A stretch of 63,254 nt of DNA, the filler included, from Octopus bimaculoides (lineage: Eukaryota): NCBI RefSeq assembly GCF_001194135.2. It is 9 parts of 8 records of this genome, joined end to end, with 100 filler letters (N's around TTAATTAATTAA, not from the genome) between each part and the next. Parts side by side here need not be neighbours in the genome. Positions count along the whole stretch, not along the records: positions 44,795 to 58,438 come from NC_068989.1; positions 58,539 to 60,621 come from NW_026421503.1; positions 60,722 to 62,138 come from NW_026367515.1; positions 62,239 to 63,254 come from NC_068989.1; 5 more parts are not named here. The stretch is one strand, 5' to 3'. A program made the translations under genes and the position numbers. The notes beneath the pieces are model-generated. The model was given only the letters and a program-made list of their open reading frames with translations, had not been told where the DNA came from and ran no database searches. This document shows, one piece after another, positions 50,811 to 63,254 of this stretch. Each line of letters opens with the position of its first letter. Position 1 is the stretch's first letter.

Positions 50811-51599
50811 ACATACATACATATATACATACATGCATCCATCCATACATACATACATAATACATACATACATACACACATGCATACATACATACATACA
50901 TACATCTGTCCGGACTGTCTTGTCGCTTCGTCAAAGCAGTGTTTACCAAGACACAGCTGCACAATATCAAAGTGTGATGTTGTTGATGACCATGTCTTGG
51001 TTTGCTGCCACTACTGTCACGAGCCAATTAGTTATTAGAATTCAGGATTTGTAAGTAGATATCTCCTCTTAGATGAACAGCTAAAGAGCTGAAGGGCCCC
51101 CTTCTGCCCCAGGTTCGTTGATGTGTCTATGAACGATCTTTTTTTCGGAGTTATTTCCGTGATATGCTAATTAACCTATAGCTGGTACCCTGGCAGGTAA
51201 AATTATTCCGGGTCTGAGTAGACTTGGGAACAATTATGGTTAAGATGGGTTGCTCAATCTTTGAAATCTTGCAAATCCTGAACCAGGAACCCACTACCAG
51301 ATGTGATTTACAGCCATTCTCAGAATGTACATACATGTATACATATGTGCACATTTGTTTTAACCTAAAGAGGGAATGTAATACTTATAATACTTTATAA
51401 TACTTGTAATACTTATAATACTTTAACTCCAGCAATGGCTAAAAGAGCGGGAGGATGAAGATATTTTCAAATCAAGATACTGACCAGATTGCTAGCCACA
51501 GAGTAGACTCCGCTAAGGAACCAAAAGTGCCTCCTGGTGGTGTTAAACGGAATGAGTGATAAAGGATACCATCAAAGGAGGCTTTGTCTCGCAAATACC

Positions 51600-52800
51600 A
51601 TAACTCAGCAATTTTTTCTACCTTACTGTTTCTCCCTTCTTCTATTCTCGTCTCTCATAGCTCAGTCAACTCTATGATGACCTCAAGACTTGCCGTTCTT
51701 GAATCAAGGAGCAGATCGGGTTTCATGATCGTATCACACCATTTCTTCTGGTATTGTCTGCTTCCTCATCCAGTAACACATCTCAGCCATTTGTCACTGC
51801 TAAAATGCCACAAATATCGAGAAATACTACACACTTTCTGACTCTTTAATTTAATGTTCTACCCCTTCTGAGGCCCCTTTTCCTTCTTCCTTCTTGCGAC
51901 TAACCATTACCAGCTCTGGAGCATTTGATTGTAGAGTGAAGTATAGCCTGAAAGAAAGCAACAAGTGCTGCTTCGCTCCATTGATTTCTTGCAGTCATCT
52001 CTTCAGATTCACTGCTGAAAACAATAACAGTAACAAACCAATAAGAAAGTGGACCGATCCTGCTGATGTTGAAAGTAAATTGTTCCACGAGCTACGTTTC
52101 CTACTTTGTTCCACTGTATCCATATAAATTGACCCTGCTATGCAACTCTGTGGCTCTTCTTTTCCCGTTTTTGTCTCTGACGGCTTCCATAACCAAGACA
52201 TGCCTACCCTTCAGACTATACTGTACTACAGCTTCGTAGACAGAACACCCAGAACTCTTCTGTTAGTATATAGTGCAGTCCAAATCACCTTCCACTTTGT
52301 GTGAGCCACAACTTCGCCTGTGGAATTTTCTGTATCCCTCTTGCGGTCTGTACGAATTTAAGGCCTTCTCTTGGCATTATTTATATCATCTTACTCCCTC
52401 ATCATCATAGATAAGACTTCCCCGGTCTCTGGTGAGAACGGGCAGTCATAGTTTTTTTCTGAAAGGACAAATACAGATTCATTGGCCAACATTCTTTCTA
52501 CGCGAGGCCACTTCCTATAATAAGCATTCATCATTTGCTGCACGCACACAGTCCCTTGATTGTCTACCTCGTAGACAAGCATCTACCACAAAAACACTGT
52601 AAAGAGCCAAAAGTTTGTCCTTATTGCAAATTTCGTCATCATCTTTGTCAATTCATTAAAACTTTTCCATCAACATTGAGGAGTGATATTGGTCTGTCGA
52701 CGCCATTAGTATCCTTATCCTTTAGATTGTACGTTTCTTCTATCATTTACCACATACTCTGTACAACCTGTTTCTGTCACATTACCTACAGAATTTTTCT
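51600..52800 (-). mobile_element. Very degenerate non-LTR reverse transcriptase region
   Basis: RPISLLNVDGKVL at 52695-52658 is a typical RT motif. The remaining motifs are barely recognisable. Confidence 0.35.
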
Positions 52801-53589
52801 TTTCGTGAAGAATACTTAAAAAACTTGTAACAGAGTCTATTCTAGCCCTTTGCGCTACCATCACGTGCCTTCCGTATCGGAATATTAAGCTCCTGTCATC
52901 ACAACTCAGCCAAATCGTTCTCGTGCTGTGGTTCTATTGAACTTTTCAAACTGATGCTATCACGCACACTGCGCATCTAGCTCCGGATTTAGTACCCGGC
53001 GTACAAACGGTTCTGCCAGCTCGCCGCCTTACATATATGTATATATATTACAAAATGATGATTAAGAACTAAATATATGTCCGTTATGGTGGAGACAAAT
53101 TTTTAATGTTCCCATAGGTAAAAAAAATCGCATTGGACCCTTCTGCGCGGCAACTGGGCATTCTTTTCTACGGTATTCTCGTGTTATCCCAAATATTTCG
53201 AGGGACAACGGGTAGATGAAAACTGCTGAAGCATTTGGAAAACTAATTCTTATTTTGGGTAATAAGCTTAATGCGTTGGCCATGTTTATCATGACAAAGT
53301 GGCTCTTAGGTTCTTTTATGGAGTGAAAACTGTTGAAAGAGTTCAGACCTGTTGACTGGTTAAGTATTAACCAAAGTCATAGTTTTCCTTCTCATTCTTC
53401 AGTCAGTCTTGGAATCCATTGCAAAAATGGTAACAGCTCTGCCCTTCCTCTTGGTACTAAACTGTTACATATCTGTGACCAAAGCAGTTTCTTTAGAATT
53501 TCTCAGACAGTGCATTATGTCTATGTGTGTATACGTTTACATACAATACCCGCATTGATCCACACATAAACATACGAACATACAAACAG

Positions 53590-53643
<54 letters not shown>

Positions 53644-54783
53644 NNNNNNNNNNNNNNNNNNNNNNNNNNNNNNNNNNNNNNNNNNNNNNNNNNNNNNNNN
53701 NNNNNNNNNNNNNNNNNNNNNNNNNNNNNNNNNNNNNNNNNNNNNNNNNNNNNNNNNNNNNNNNNNNNNNNNNNNNNNNNNNNNNNNNNNNNNNNNNNNN
53801 NNNNNNNNNNNNNNNNNNNNNNNNNNNNNNNNNNNNNNNNNNNNNNNNNNNNNNNNNNNNNNNNNNNNNNNNNNNNNNNNNNNNNNNNNNNNNNNNNNNN
53901 NNNNNNNNNNNNNNNNNNNNNNNNNNNNNNNNNNNNNNNNNNNNNNNNNNNNNNNNNNNNNNNNNNNNNNNNNNNNNNNNNNNNNNNNNNNNNNNNNNNN
54001 NNNNNNNNNNNNNNNNNNNNNNNNNNNNNNNNNNNNNNNNNNNNNNNNNNNNNNNNNNNNNNNNNNNNNNNNNNNNNNNNNNNNNNNNNNNNNNNNNNNN
54101 NNNNNNNNNNNNNNNNNNNNNNNNNNNNNNNNNNNNNNNNNNNNNNNNNNNNNNNNNNNNNNNNNNNNNNNNNNNNNNNNNNNNNNNNNNNNNNNNNNNN
54201 NNNNNNNNNNNNNNNNNNNNNNNNNNNNNNNNNNNNNNNNNNNNNNNNNNNNNNNNNNNNNNNNNNNNNNNNNNNNNNNNNNNNNNNNNNNNNNNNNNNN
54301 NNNNNNNNNNNNNNNNNNNNNNNNNNNNNNNNNNNNNNNNNNNNNNNNNNNNNNNNNNNNNNNNNNNNNNNNNNNNNNNNNNNNNNNNNNNNNNNNNNNN
54401 NNNNNNNNNNNNNNNNNNNNNNNNNNNNNNNNNNNNNNNNNNNNNNNNNNNNNNNNNNNNNNNNNNNNNNNNNNNNNNNNNNNNNNNNNNNNNNNNNNNN
54501 NNNNNNNNNNNNNNNNNNNNNNNNNNNNNNNNNNNNNNNNNNNNNNNNNNNNNNNNNNNNNNNNNNNNNNNNNNNNNNNNNNNNNNNNNTATATAAAGCG
54601 GAGTAAGCACATAAAATGTGCAACAAGAAGGAAAAGAGAGTACTCAAATACCAGAGGTAGAGTAATATGCTTTATTTAAAAGCAGCAGAAATATAACAAA
54701 AGACTGTTACTCTGAGTTTCACGTTCCCGTTCATCGGACAGTTTTGTTAGAAATGCATGTATATATATATACATACATGCATG

Positions 54784-55300
54784 CAGGGTGTGGGGTGTGA
54801 GGGCTAAATTTGACAATTATTTATGCCTGTTTTTTCAGGACCAACTTGCTACATTGTTGAACAGTCAACGGCGTTGGAAAGCATACAAATTAAAGTTGTA
54901 GTTGAGAAAAAGTAAGCTGATACAGAGGTCTAAAAGCTATCTGAGTATTAGAAAAGAGTTACCTTTGTCATGATGATTCACGTCGGATATCAAAATACTG
55001 GCATCATGATTGCTCATCAATGCTCTGTGAACACCGTACGAGTAAAATCTGTAGGACGTGACATGGACATACTCTTTGTTCTTTTACTTGTTTCAGTCAT
55101 TTGACTGCGGCCATGCTGGGGCACCGCCTTTGGTCGAGCAATCCACCCCAGGACTTATTCTTTTTGTAAGCCTAGTACTTATTCTATCGGTCTCTTTTGC
55201 CGAACTGCTAAGTTATGGGGACGTAAACACACCAGCATCGGTTGCCAAGCGATCTTGGGGGACTAACGCAGACACACAAAAACAAACACACACACACACA

Positions 55301-55396
<96 letters not shown>

Positions 55397-56184
55397 CGAC
55401 GGGCTTCTTTCAGTTTTCGTCTACCAAATCCACCCACAAGGCTTTTGTCGGGCCGAGGCTATAGTAGAAGACACTTGCCCAAGGTGCCACCGTAGTGGGA
55501 CTGAACCCGGAACCATGTGGTCTGTAAGCAAGCTACTTACCATACAGCAACTTCTACACCTATGTTCCATATATCATGAAAACTAAGTCCCCTTAAATTG
55601 TGATGATCTTTGGGTGTCTCCAGTGAGGATGATGCCATGCCGCTCCACATCTTTGAACAGTGCCTTAGGCTCAATTGAAACGGCTCTGTGAAGCTTCTGG
55701 ATAGTGTGGTCTAAGCATGGCTGGAGACGGAAGGCCACATGTGTGGTAACAGGGTTCGGTTCCTTGCCATACCTCCAGAAAGTCAGAGGTGTTTGCCGGA
55801 GAATTACTATGACCTCACCAGCCCGAATTTCTGACGTCCTAATCCCCCACCCCCATTTTAATTCCAGAGATTGCTATATGCGTGCCGCGGTTGAGAAAGG
55901 CACCAACTGCTCTGCCTATAGCATCAGAGTCGAGATGGTTGCCAAGATCAAGGATGTTTACGAAGATCTTCCCAAGGACACAGTGAGGAATGCATGTGCC
56001 AGGTTCCAGAGCCGTCTTGAGGCCATAGTGGAAACCGAGAGCGGCTACTTTGATTAAACTGTCATTTCCCAACCATAATCTAGCTGATATCGTTTGATTT
56101 TCTAAAAATACTCTTATTTTAGGATGGTATATTGTGTTTTCTTTCCCTTATGTACAAACAATCAAATTTAGCCAAAACCTCCTG
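54784..56184 (+). mobile_element. Internally deleted DD37D (maT)-type Tc1/mariner element with a nested SINE A
   Basis: Ends are cagggtg..ggctaaatttga and tcaaatttagcc..cctg|TA. Frameshifted catalytic C-terminus: VMIFGC..MPLHIFEQ.LRLN..; ..AVEKGTNCSA..MVAKIKDVYEDLPKDTVRNACARFQSRLEAIVETESGYFD*. Confidence 0.8.
55070..55555 (-). mobile_element. SINE family A copy nested in the DD37D element
   Basis: Full tail-to-head match with an internal (CA)n(TA)n. Confidence 0.85.
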
Positions 56185-56553
56185 TATACTTCTTTTCCTT
56201 TACATTTTTGGCATACATTTCATTGTGTACAACTTTTTGCGCTAATTCATTTTTGTGTTTGCGTTTACATTTTCCCCACCATCTTTGGACTTTTTCTCTA
56301 CCTATTGTAATCTTTCACGTTGTCCAGTTGGCTGTCTCTCCTTCCCCTAGGTCCGTTTGTGTTATTTTACCTATTTACACACATAATACACGCACACACA
56401 GACACCCATCCATACACACACACAAACACAAAGACACATACATTTGTAAGAAAGAATATGGTTAACATAAGATGCAGTTACGTTTCACCATTATGTACAT
56501 CTAACTGTATTCACTAGAAATAATCTCTCCCTCCCTCTCTCTCTCTCTCTCTC

Positions 56554-56597
<44 letters not shown>

Positions 56598-57208
56598 NNN
56601 NNNNNNNNNNNNNNNNNNNNNNNNNNNNNNNNNNNNNNNNNNNNNNNNNNNNNNNNNNNNNNNNNNNNNNNNNNNNNNNNNNNNNNNNNNNNNNNNNNNN
56701 NNNNNNNNNNNNNNNNNNNNNNNNNNNNNNNNNNNNNNNNNNNNNNNNNNNNNNNNNNNNNNNNNNNNNNNNNNNNNNNNNNNNNNNNNNNNNNNNNNNN
56801 NNNNNNNNNNNNNNNNNNNNNNNNNNNNNNNNNNNNNNNNNNNNNNNNNNNNNNNNNNNNNNNNNNNNNNNNNNNNNNNNNNNNNNNNNNNNNNNNNNNN
56901 NNNNNNNNNNNNNNNNNNNNNNNNNNNNNNNNNNNNNNNNNNNNNNNNNNNNNNNNNNNNNNNNNNNNNNNNNNNNNNNNNNNNNNNNNNNNNNNNNNNN
57001 NNNNNNNNNNNNNNNNNNNNNNNNNNNNNNNNNNNNNNNNNNNNNNNNNNNNNNNNNNNNNNNNNNNNNNNNNNNNNNNNNNNNNNNNNNNNNNNNTATA
57101 TATGTATTTATAGATCTATACCAAAATTTGGTAAAAAATATTTTATTTGTTATCAACGTAGCAAAATTCTCACATGTAAGGTTGTTAATCGTACAATTTT
57201 GTGTGCAT

Positions 57209-57348
57209 ATCAATTTAAATAAGAGCTAAAAGACGATCCATTGTAAAAACTTATTATGACCTATGACCATTTCGATGCAATCGAAATATTCATAGGTCAT
57301 AATAAAGTTTTTACAATGGATCGTCTTTTAGCTCTTATTTAAATTGAT
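57209..57348. repeat. Near-perfect ~140-bp palindrome
   Basis: atcaatttaaataagagctaaaagacgatccattgtaaaaactt..attatgacctatga pairs with tcataggtcataat..aagtttttacaatggatcgtcttttagctcttatttaaattgat. Confidence 0.93.
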
Positions 57349-57899
57349 GTATATATTGAAAAATGAAGTAAATTGGAATATGATGATTACTTAATGTGCT
57401 TTATAAATACACTTTATATACTTCATGCACAATTTTAGAGACTTTAATACACAGCACTTTCCCTCTTTCTTTCTCACTTTTCAGCTTTTCTTTCAACTGA
57501 AATCGTTACAGACGGACTAAGTAAAGGAGGAAAACAGTTTTTAAAAATTACACATTCCACTCTCCTTCCCCTCCCCTCCCCTCCAGAATTTATGAAAGAG
57601 AATTACATTGTCCTCCAATACATGGTCAGCGTTAATAATAGTTATAATGGCTTTCAAAATACATTGGCATGAAGGTAATGTTTTTTTGAAGGTTCTTGTT
57701 CAACTTTGCTTTGTAATGCCCATAAGAACATGTTTTCGTTTATTTATTATTAAGGTTATGATTTCACGCATCAGCTCTTGTGTCACTCTGTTAAGAGGCT
57801 GTGGTGTGTGGATTCAACCGCTTTTTAGTTGAAAATTCTTTGGTACAGGGATGTACATGAAGGCTTGACGAGAAGGTACAACCTTGCAGAGTAAAAATC

Positions 57900-58015
57900 T
57901 TGGGATTTTCAGTTGCTCATTAATGGCAGCGACTGTTGTATGTCTTTGCCTTCGTGAAAATACTCCATTTTATCGTAGGTTTGTAATCTCTTCTGTCTTT
58001 CAAAAACCATAGGTA
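57900..58015 (-). mobile_element. Small Penelope-like endonuclease C-terminal fragment
   Basis: LWFLKDRRDYKPTIKWSIFTKAKTYNSRC resembles the IW.LK...IKW.I..A..Y motif also seen at ~35470. Confidence 0.5.
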
Positions 58016-59000
58016 TTTTGCAAGAGTTTGGTTATTGGGAATCGATAGAGATAACGTTTGGGAAAAAAATTGTTGCTTTATACATTGTTAGATGGTAAAC
58101 GTGTAAGATGAAGAAGGAAAGAAAAGCATGAAAAAAGAAGAGAGGGGACGGAAAAAAGCAAACGCGTGAAACAGAAACAGAGTAAGAGAAGGAGAAAAGT
58201 AGAAACAATATGAATAAAAAGAAATGCATTATGAGAAAGGGGTGGATTAAATTAGAGATGAAAGAAGACAGAATAATTTAAGCAAGGAGAGGTTTAAAAT
58301 ATCACTAGATTTCCAGGCACCAAACCAATTGTGTAATTCAAAGATTTCGCTAGTGCAGTTATAAAAGGAAACGTGCAAATCCGTTGTACTTTATAATGTA
58401 GTATATTGTTTGGAAGAGGACTTATATAACAATTTATTNNNNNNNNNNNNNNNNNNNNNNNNNNNNNNNNNNNNNNNNNNNNTTAATTAATTAANNNNNN
58501 NNNNNNNNNNNNNNNNNNNNNNNNNNNNNNNNNNNNNNGCAAGGAATCTTGAAATAAAAACTAAATAATGACATACATATATCACATGATCATGTGACCA
58601 ACTAGTCTATCAGATGTTGTTTGCACATGACTGGTCACAATGCACTTTTGCATTGTTTTAATCTTCAAATGATGCCACTGTAGTAATTCCGGTTATTGAA
58701 TGGGTGAGATTGTTGAATACAGAAGGATGGGAATGATTGGCTGTAGATAGGCTTTACTCTTCTAAGAACGAAGATATGGTGTCTGTTATTAGTCGCTGTA
58801 ATTGTAAATCTTGCTGATCAGGTGCCAGCCATGTTTGAGTATCCCACCAAAGCATCGTTTCTGTCTGGCTGGCAAGAAGATGCAACTAACTGTGAGTAGT
58901 AGACATAGCAGTAATTATCACCACAGCCACCCTTTTAATTAGGTGAGCAAGCCAACGCAAATACATACATACATACAATAAAATACAATACATATAACAT

Positions 59001-59047
<47 letters not shown>

Positions 59048-60216
59048 GTAAACATACATATATAGAATACATACGTATGTACGTTCATACATACATACAT
59101 ACATACATACATACACATGCATACATTACATACATGCATACATACATACATACACACATACAATACAATACACACATACAATACATATATACATACACAC
59201 ATACATAAATGTATACACGTACGTACATACATACATNNNNNNNNNNNNNNNNNNNNNNNNNNNNNNNNNNNNNNNNNNNNNNNNNNNNNNNNNNNNNNNN
59301 NNNNNNNNNNNNNNNNNNNNNNNNNNNNNNNNNNNNNNNNNNNNNNNNNNNNNNNNNNNNNNNNNNNNNNNNNNNNNNNNNNNNNNNNNNNNNNNNNNNN
59401 NNNNNNNNNNNNNNNNNNNNNNNNNNNNNNNNNNNNNNNNNNNNNNNNNNNNNNNNNNNNNNNNNNNNNNNNNNNNNNNNNNNNNNNNNNNNNNNNNNNN
59501 NNNNNNNNNNNNNNNNNNNNNNNNNNNNNNNNNNNNNNNNNNNNNNNNNNNNNNNNNNNNNNNNNNNNNNNNNNNNNNNNNNNNNNNNNNNNNNNNNNNN
59601 NNNNNNNNNNNNNNNNNNNNNNNNNNNNNNNNNNNNNNNNNNNNNNNNNNNNNNNNNNNNNNNNNNNNNNNNNNNNNNNNNNNNNNNNNNNNNNNNNNNN
59701 NNNNNNNNNNNNNNNNNNNNNNNNNNNNNNNNNNNNNNNNNNNNNNNNNNNNNNNNNNNNNNNNNNNNNNNNNNNNNNNNNNNNNNNNNNNNNNNNNNNN
59801 NNNNNNNNNNNNNNNNNNNNNNNNNNNNNNNNNNNNNNNNNNNNNNNNNNNNNNNNNNNNNNNNNNNNNNNNNNNNNNNNNNNNNNNNNNNNNNNNNNNN
59901 NNNNNNNNNNNNNNNNNNNNNNNNNNNNNNNNNNNNNNNNNNNNNNNNNNNNNNNNNNNNNNNNNNNNNNNNNNNNGCTATCAATCTGGAGTAATAATTT
60001 GTAGTTTTGAAATCAGTAGTTCTTTGACTGCTATTTCTGAATTCTCAGTATGTTGGAGAAGCAGGTTACTGTCAATCCCTATATATTTATAATTATATAT
60101 ATATATGTATGTGTGTGTGTGTGTGTGTGTGTGTATACGTACGTAAATACATACATACTTACACACATACATACAATACAATACACACATACATAAATGT
60201 ATATACGTACGTAAAT

Positions 60217-60269
<53 letters not shown>

Positions 60270-60784
60270 CACATACACACATATATATACATACATCCAG
60301 CCATAGAAACGATGCCGATCAGATTGGAGTCTGGTGCAGCTCCTCAGCTTGCCAGCTCTCATCAAATTGTCCAACCCATGCCAGCTTGGAAAACGGACAT
60401 TAAATAAAGATGATGACATACAGTAACCACGTATACCTACATACAATATATGCATACGCTACTATTCATACATATGCATACATATGTATATGCATACATA
60501 TATATATGCATACATATGTATATGCATATATTACACACACACACACACACACACATACAAAGATTACATACATATACAGGGTGCAGTGAATAAACTATTA
60601 TCTAAACCAAGGGTTTTCAAANNNNNNNNNNNNNNNNNNNNNNNNNNNNNNNNNNNNNNNNNNNNTTAATTAATTAANNNNNNNNNNNNNNNNNNNNNNN
60701 NNNNNNNNNNNNNNNNNNNNNAGCATGGAAAGCGGACGTTAAACGATGATGATGATGATGATGATGGTACTACTTACTTCCATA

Positions 60785-60900
60785 AAAGGTGATCTCCAGC
60801 ATGCACTGAATGGGTTTACTGCAAAGCATGGATAAGAATTAGTGTTGCAAATACTGAGATATTAGTCCTCTCTAGAATGTCTTCCTACTGCAAACTGCAT
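60785..60900 (+). mobile_element. Short RTE-like RT fragment
   Basis: GDLQHALNGFTA and, after a frameshift, RISVANTEILVLSR. Confidence 0.45.
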
Positions 60901-61058
60901 GTTGCTAGAATAGAGAATCAACATTTATTTCTATTTAAATAATGATTTTTTAAAAATAATTATGATTTCTAAAATAAGGCTTCTTCTCACTTTCAAAACA
61001 TTTTTCTGTTTCAGATCAGCAATTTAATACAAACAATTTAATACCATCAAAAGCAGAG

Positions 61059-62138
61059 ATGTTGCTGTATCTGTGTGTTTTACTGACTTTCTTCCACTGT
61101 TCTCTAAGTGAAGATATCACATTCCATGTTAAAGAAGAGAATAGTCCCTACACCTATGTAGGGGACATTGCTACTGACTTACAGAAATCAGACAGCTCCT
61201 TTTTAAAGAACAAAGATTTAATTACATTTAGTCAACTCCAACAAAAGGGAGAACAGTTGTTCAATGTGACGAAAACAGGGAAACTATACACTGTTCAGAC
61301 ATTGGATGCTGAGTCTGTGTGTAGTTATGAGAAAGAATGTTTTGAAATCGTTAAAGTTGCTGTTCACAAATCCAAGACATTTATGAAGATCTTAAAGATT
61401 AAAGTCATAATAGAAGACATCAATGACCACCAACCTGAGTTTCCTGAGAAAGAAATTACTCTACATTTCAGAGAAGGAGATGGTAAAGGTATGAAGAAAA
61501 CCATTCCAAATGCCATTGACAAAGATAAAGGTTATCAAAACAGCTTAATCAATTATGAATTAAATGGTGGAGGCAACTATTTTTCATTAAGTGTTTCCAA
61601 AGAAGCTGATGGGTTATCAACATTAGAAATAATTCTGGAAAATAAATTAGACAGAGAAAAGAAAAGCAGTTACGCTATTAAGGTCATTGCTAAAGATGGA
61701 GGAACGCCACCAAAACAATCTATTTTAAATGTGAAAATATCTGTGGAAGATGAAAATGATAATAAACCAGAATTTTCTCAAAGTATCTACAATGTCTCCA
61801 TTGAGCATAAACATAAAAAGAATATTCCAGTAGTCACATTATCTGCCAGTGATTTAGACATTGGCAGGAATGGTAAAATATCTTTCTATTTCAGTCAGAA
61901 AACAGATGATAAAATAAAAGAATACTTTCATTTAGATGAAAGTACTGGAAAGTTATTTCTTGAAAAGCCTATAAATTTTGGTAAGAAAGAATCATTTAAA
62001 TTGTATGTAAAAGCTAAAGATAATGGAATCCCTCCTCTCAGTTCCATAGCAATCATTCAGATAAATGTTATCAACCAACACAACAATGCTCCAAATATTG
62101 ATGTGAACTTTATTTCTACACAGAATCACAACACAGCT
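61059..62138 (+). CDS. Pcdh: Protocadherin (coleoid-type): signal peptide, EC1-EC3 and start of EC4; truncated by an assembly gap
   Basis: Signal peptide MLLYLCVLLTFFHCSLS; LDAESVCSYEKEC (Cys-X5-Cys in EC1); EDINDHQPEF; AIDKD; LDRE; AKDGG; EDENDNKPEF; ASDLD; AKDNG. The splice acceptor tttctgtttcag| at 61014 gives a 44-nt UTR. Confidence 0.96.
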
Positions 62139-62238
62139 NNNNNNNNNNNNNNNNNNNNNNNNNNNNNNNNNNNNNNNNNNNNTTAATTAATTAANNNNNN
62201 NNNNNNNNNNNNNNNNNNNNNNNNNNNNNNNNNNNNNN

Positions 62239-62272
<34 letters not shown>

Positions 62273-62277
62273 TATAC

Positions 62278-62308
<31 letters not shown>

Positions 62309-62959
62309 TGCATGTATGCATGTATGGATGTATGTATGGATGTATGTATGGATGTATGTATGTATGTATGTATCTATTTATGTATCTATGTATGTATGTA
62401 TGTATGTATGTATGCATGCAAGTATGTATGTAGTCATTTCCCTTCTTATGAGAGTATAGAATGCAATCATCATTGAGTCAAAACTTATTTAATAACACTT
62501 TCACTTAGACATCATTTTTAGATTTAAAAAGAAAGATTTTTTAAGTGGTTTGTGAGTTACTGCTATATACTGTTCATTTCATATGTAATGTTACATTATA
62601 TAGTCTTAAATATACACATATCATTATATTTTGACAATGTATTTTAACTTTAATTATAAATTACATCGGAGCAGCGAGCTGACAGAACAGTTAGCACGCC
62701 GTGCCAAACGCTCAGCCGAATGTCGACCGCCTTTACGTTCCGAGCTTAAATTCCGCCGAGACTGGCTTTGCTTTTAACCCTTTCTGGTTCAATGAAATAA
62801 ATACCAGTTAATTACTGGGGGTTGATGTAATCACCTTCCCCGCCTTTCCAAGCTTCTAGTCCTGTGGGAAAATTTGAAATCATTTTAAATTACATCTGTA
62901 GATATAGGTATTGTTGTCTTTTAATTATTTATTTGCATTATGAAGGCCTTTTACTAATA

Positions 62960-63180
62960 CTCTTTTACTCTTTTACCCGTTTCAGTTATTTGACTGTGGC
63001 CATGCTGGAGCACCGCATTTAGTCGAGCAAATCGACCCCAGGACTTATTCTTTGTAAGCGTAGTACTTATCCTATCGGTCTCTTTTTGCCGAACCGCTAA
63101 GTTACGGGGACGTAAACACACCAGCATCAGTTGTCAAGTGATGTTGGGGGGATAAACACAGACACACAAACATATACACA
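62960..63180 (-). mobile_element. SINE family A, 3' half
   Basis: tcagttatttgactgtggccatgctggagcaccgc..ccgctaagttacggggacgtaaacacacc. Confidence 0.85.
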
Positions 63181-63254
63181 CCCACCTCTCTTCCTCTCTT
63201 TCTCTTCCTCTCTTTCTCTTCCTCTCTTTCTCTTCCTCTCTTTCTCTTCCTCTC

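Noticed and set aside
53062-53380. ~100-codon open frame on the minus strand
   Set aside because: No recognisable domain, splice context or codon pattern.

Overview
AT-rich, microsatellite-dense, heavily gapped animal scaffold. It is most likely an octopus (inferred from the coleoid-type protocadherin and the SINE/RTE/Penelope landscape). Supported genes: (1) a minus-strand CIB2/3-like calcium- and integrin-binding protein gene, with six phase-consistent coding exons reconstructed by hand (34535 to 25576; 172 aa from exon 2 onward; exon 1 not found); (2) a plus-strand protocadherin (signal peptide plus EC1-EC3, cut by an assembly gap at 62139); (3) two intact tRNA-Glu(TTC) genes inside a local ~1.5 kb duplication. 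Most of the rest is transposon debris: tRNA-derived SINEs; RTE, CR1/L2-like, R4/Dong and HERO/NeSL-like LINE fragments; Penelope-like elements; mariner and DD37D derivatives; MITEs; and a 91-bp mini-Helitron. Best leads: a possibly ultraconserved, muscleblind-like terminal exon at ~3.8-4.0 kb; coordinated loss of Ca2+ ligands at the protocadherin EC3-EC4 junction; an acidic-to-Lys change in the CIB EF4 loop; two fold-back mariner elements in inverted orientation; and several long near-perfect palindromes. Most ORFs in the supplied track are microsatellite or N-gap artefacts.
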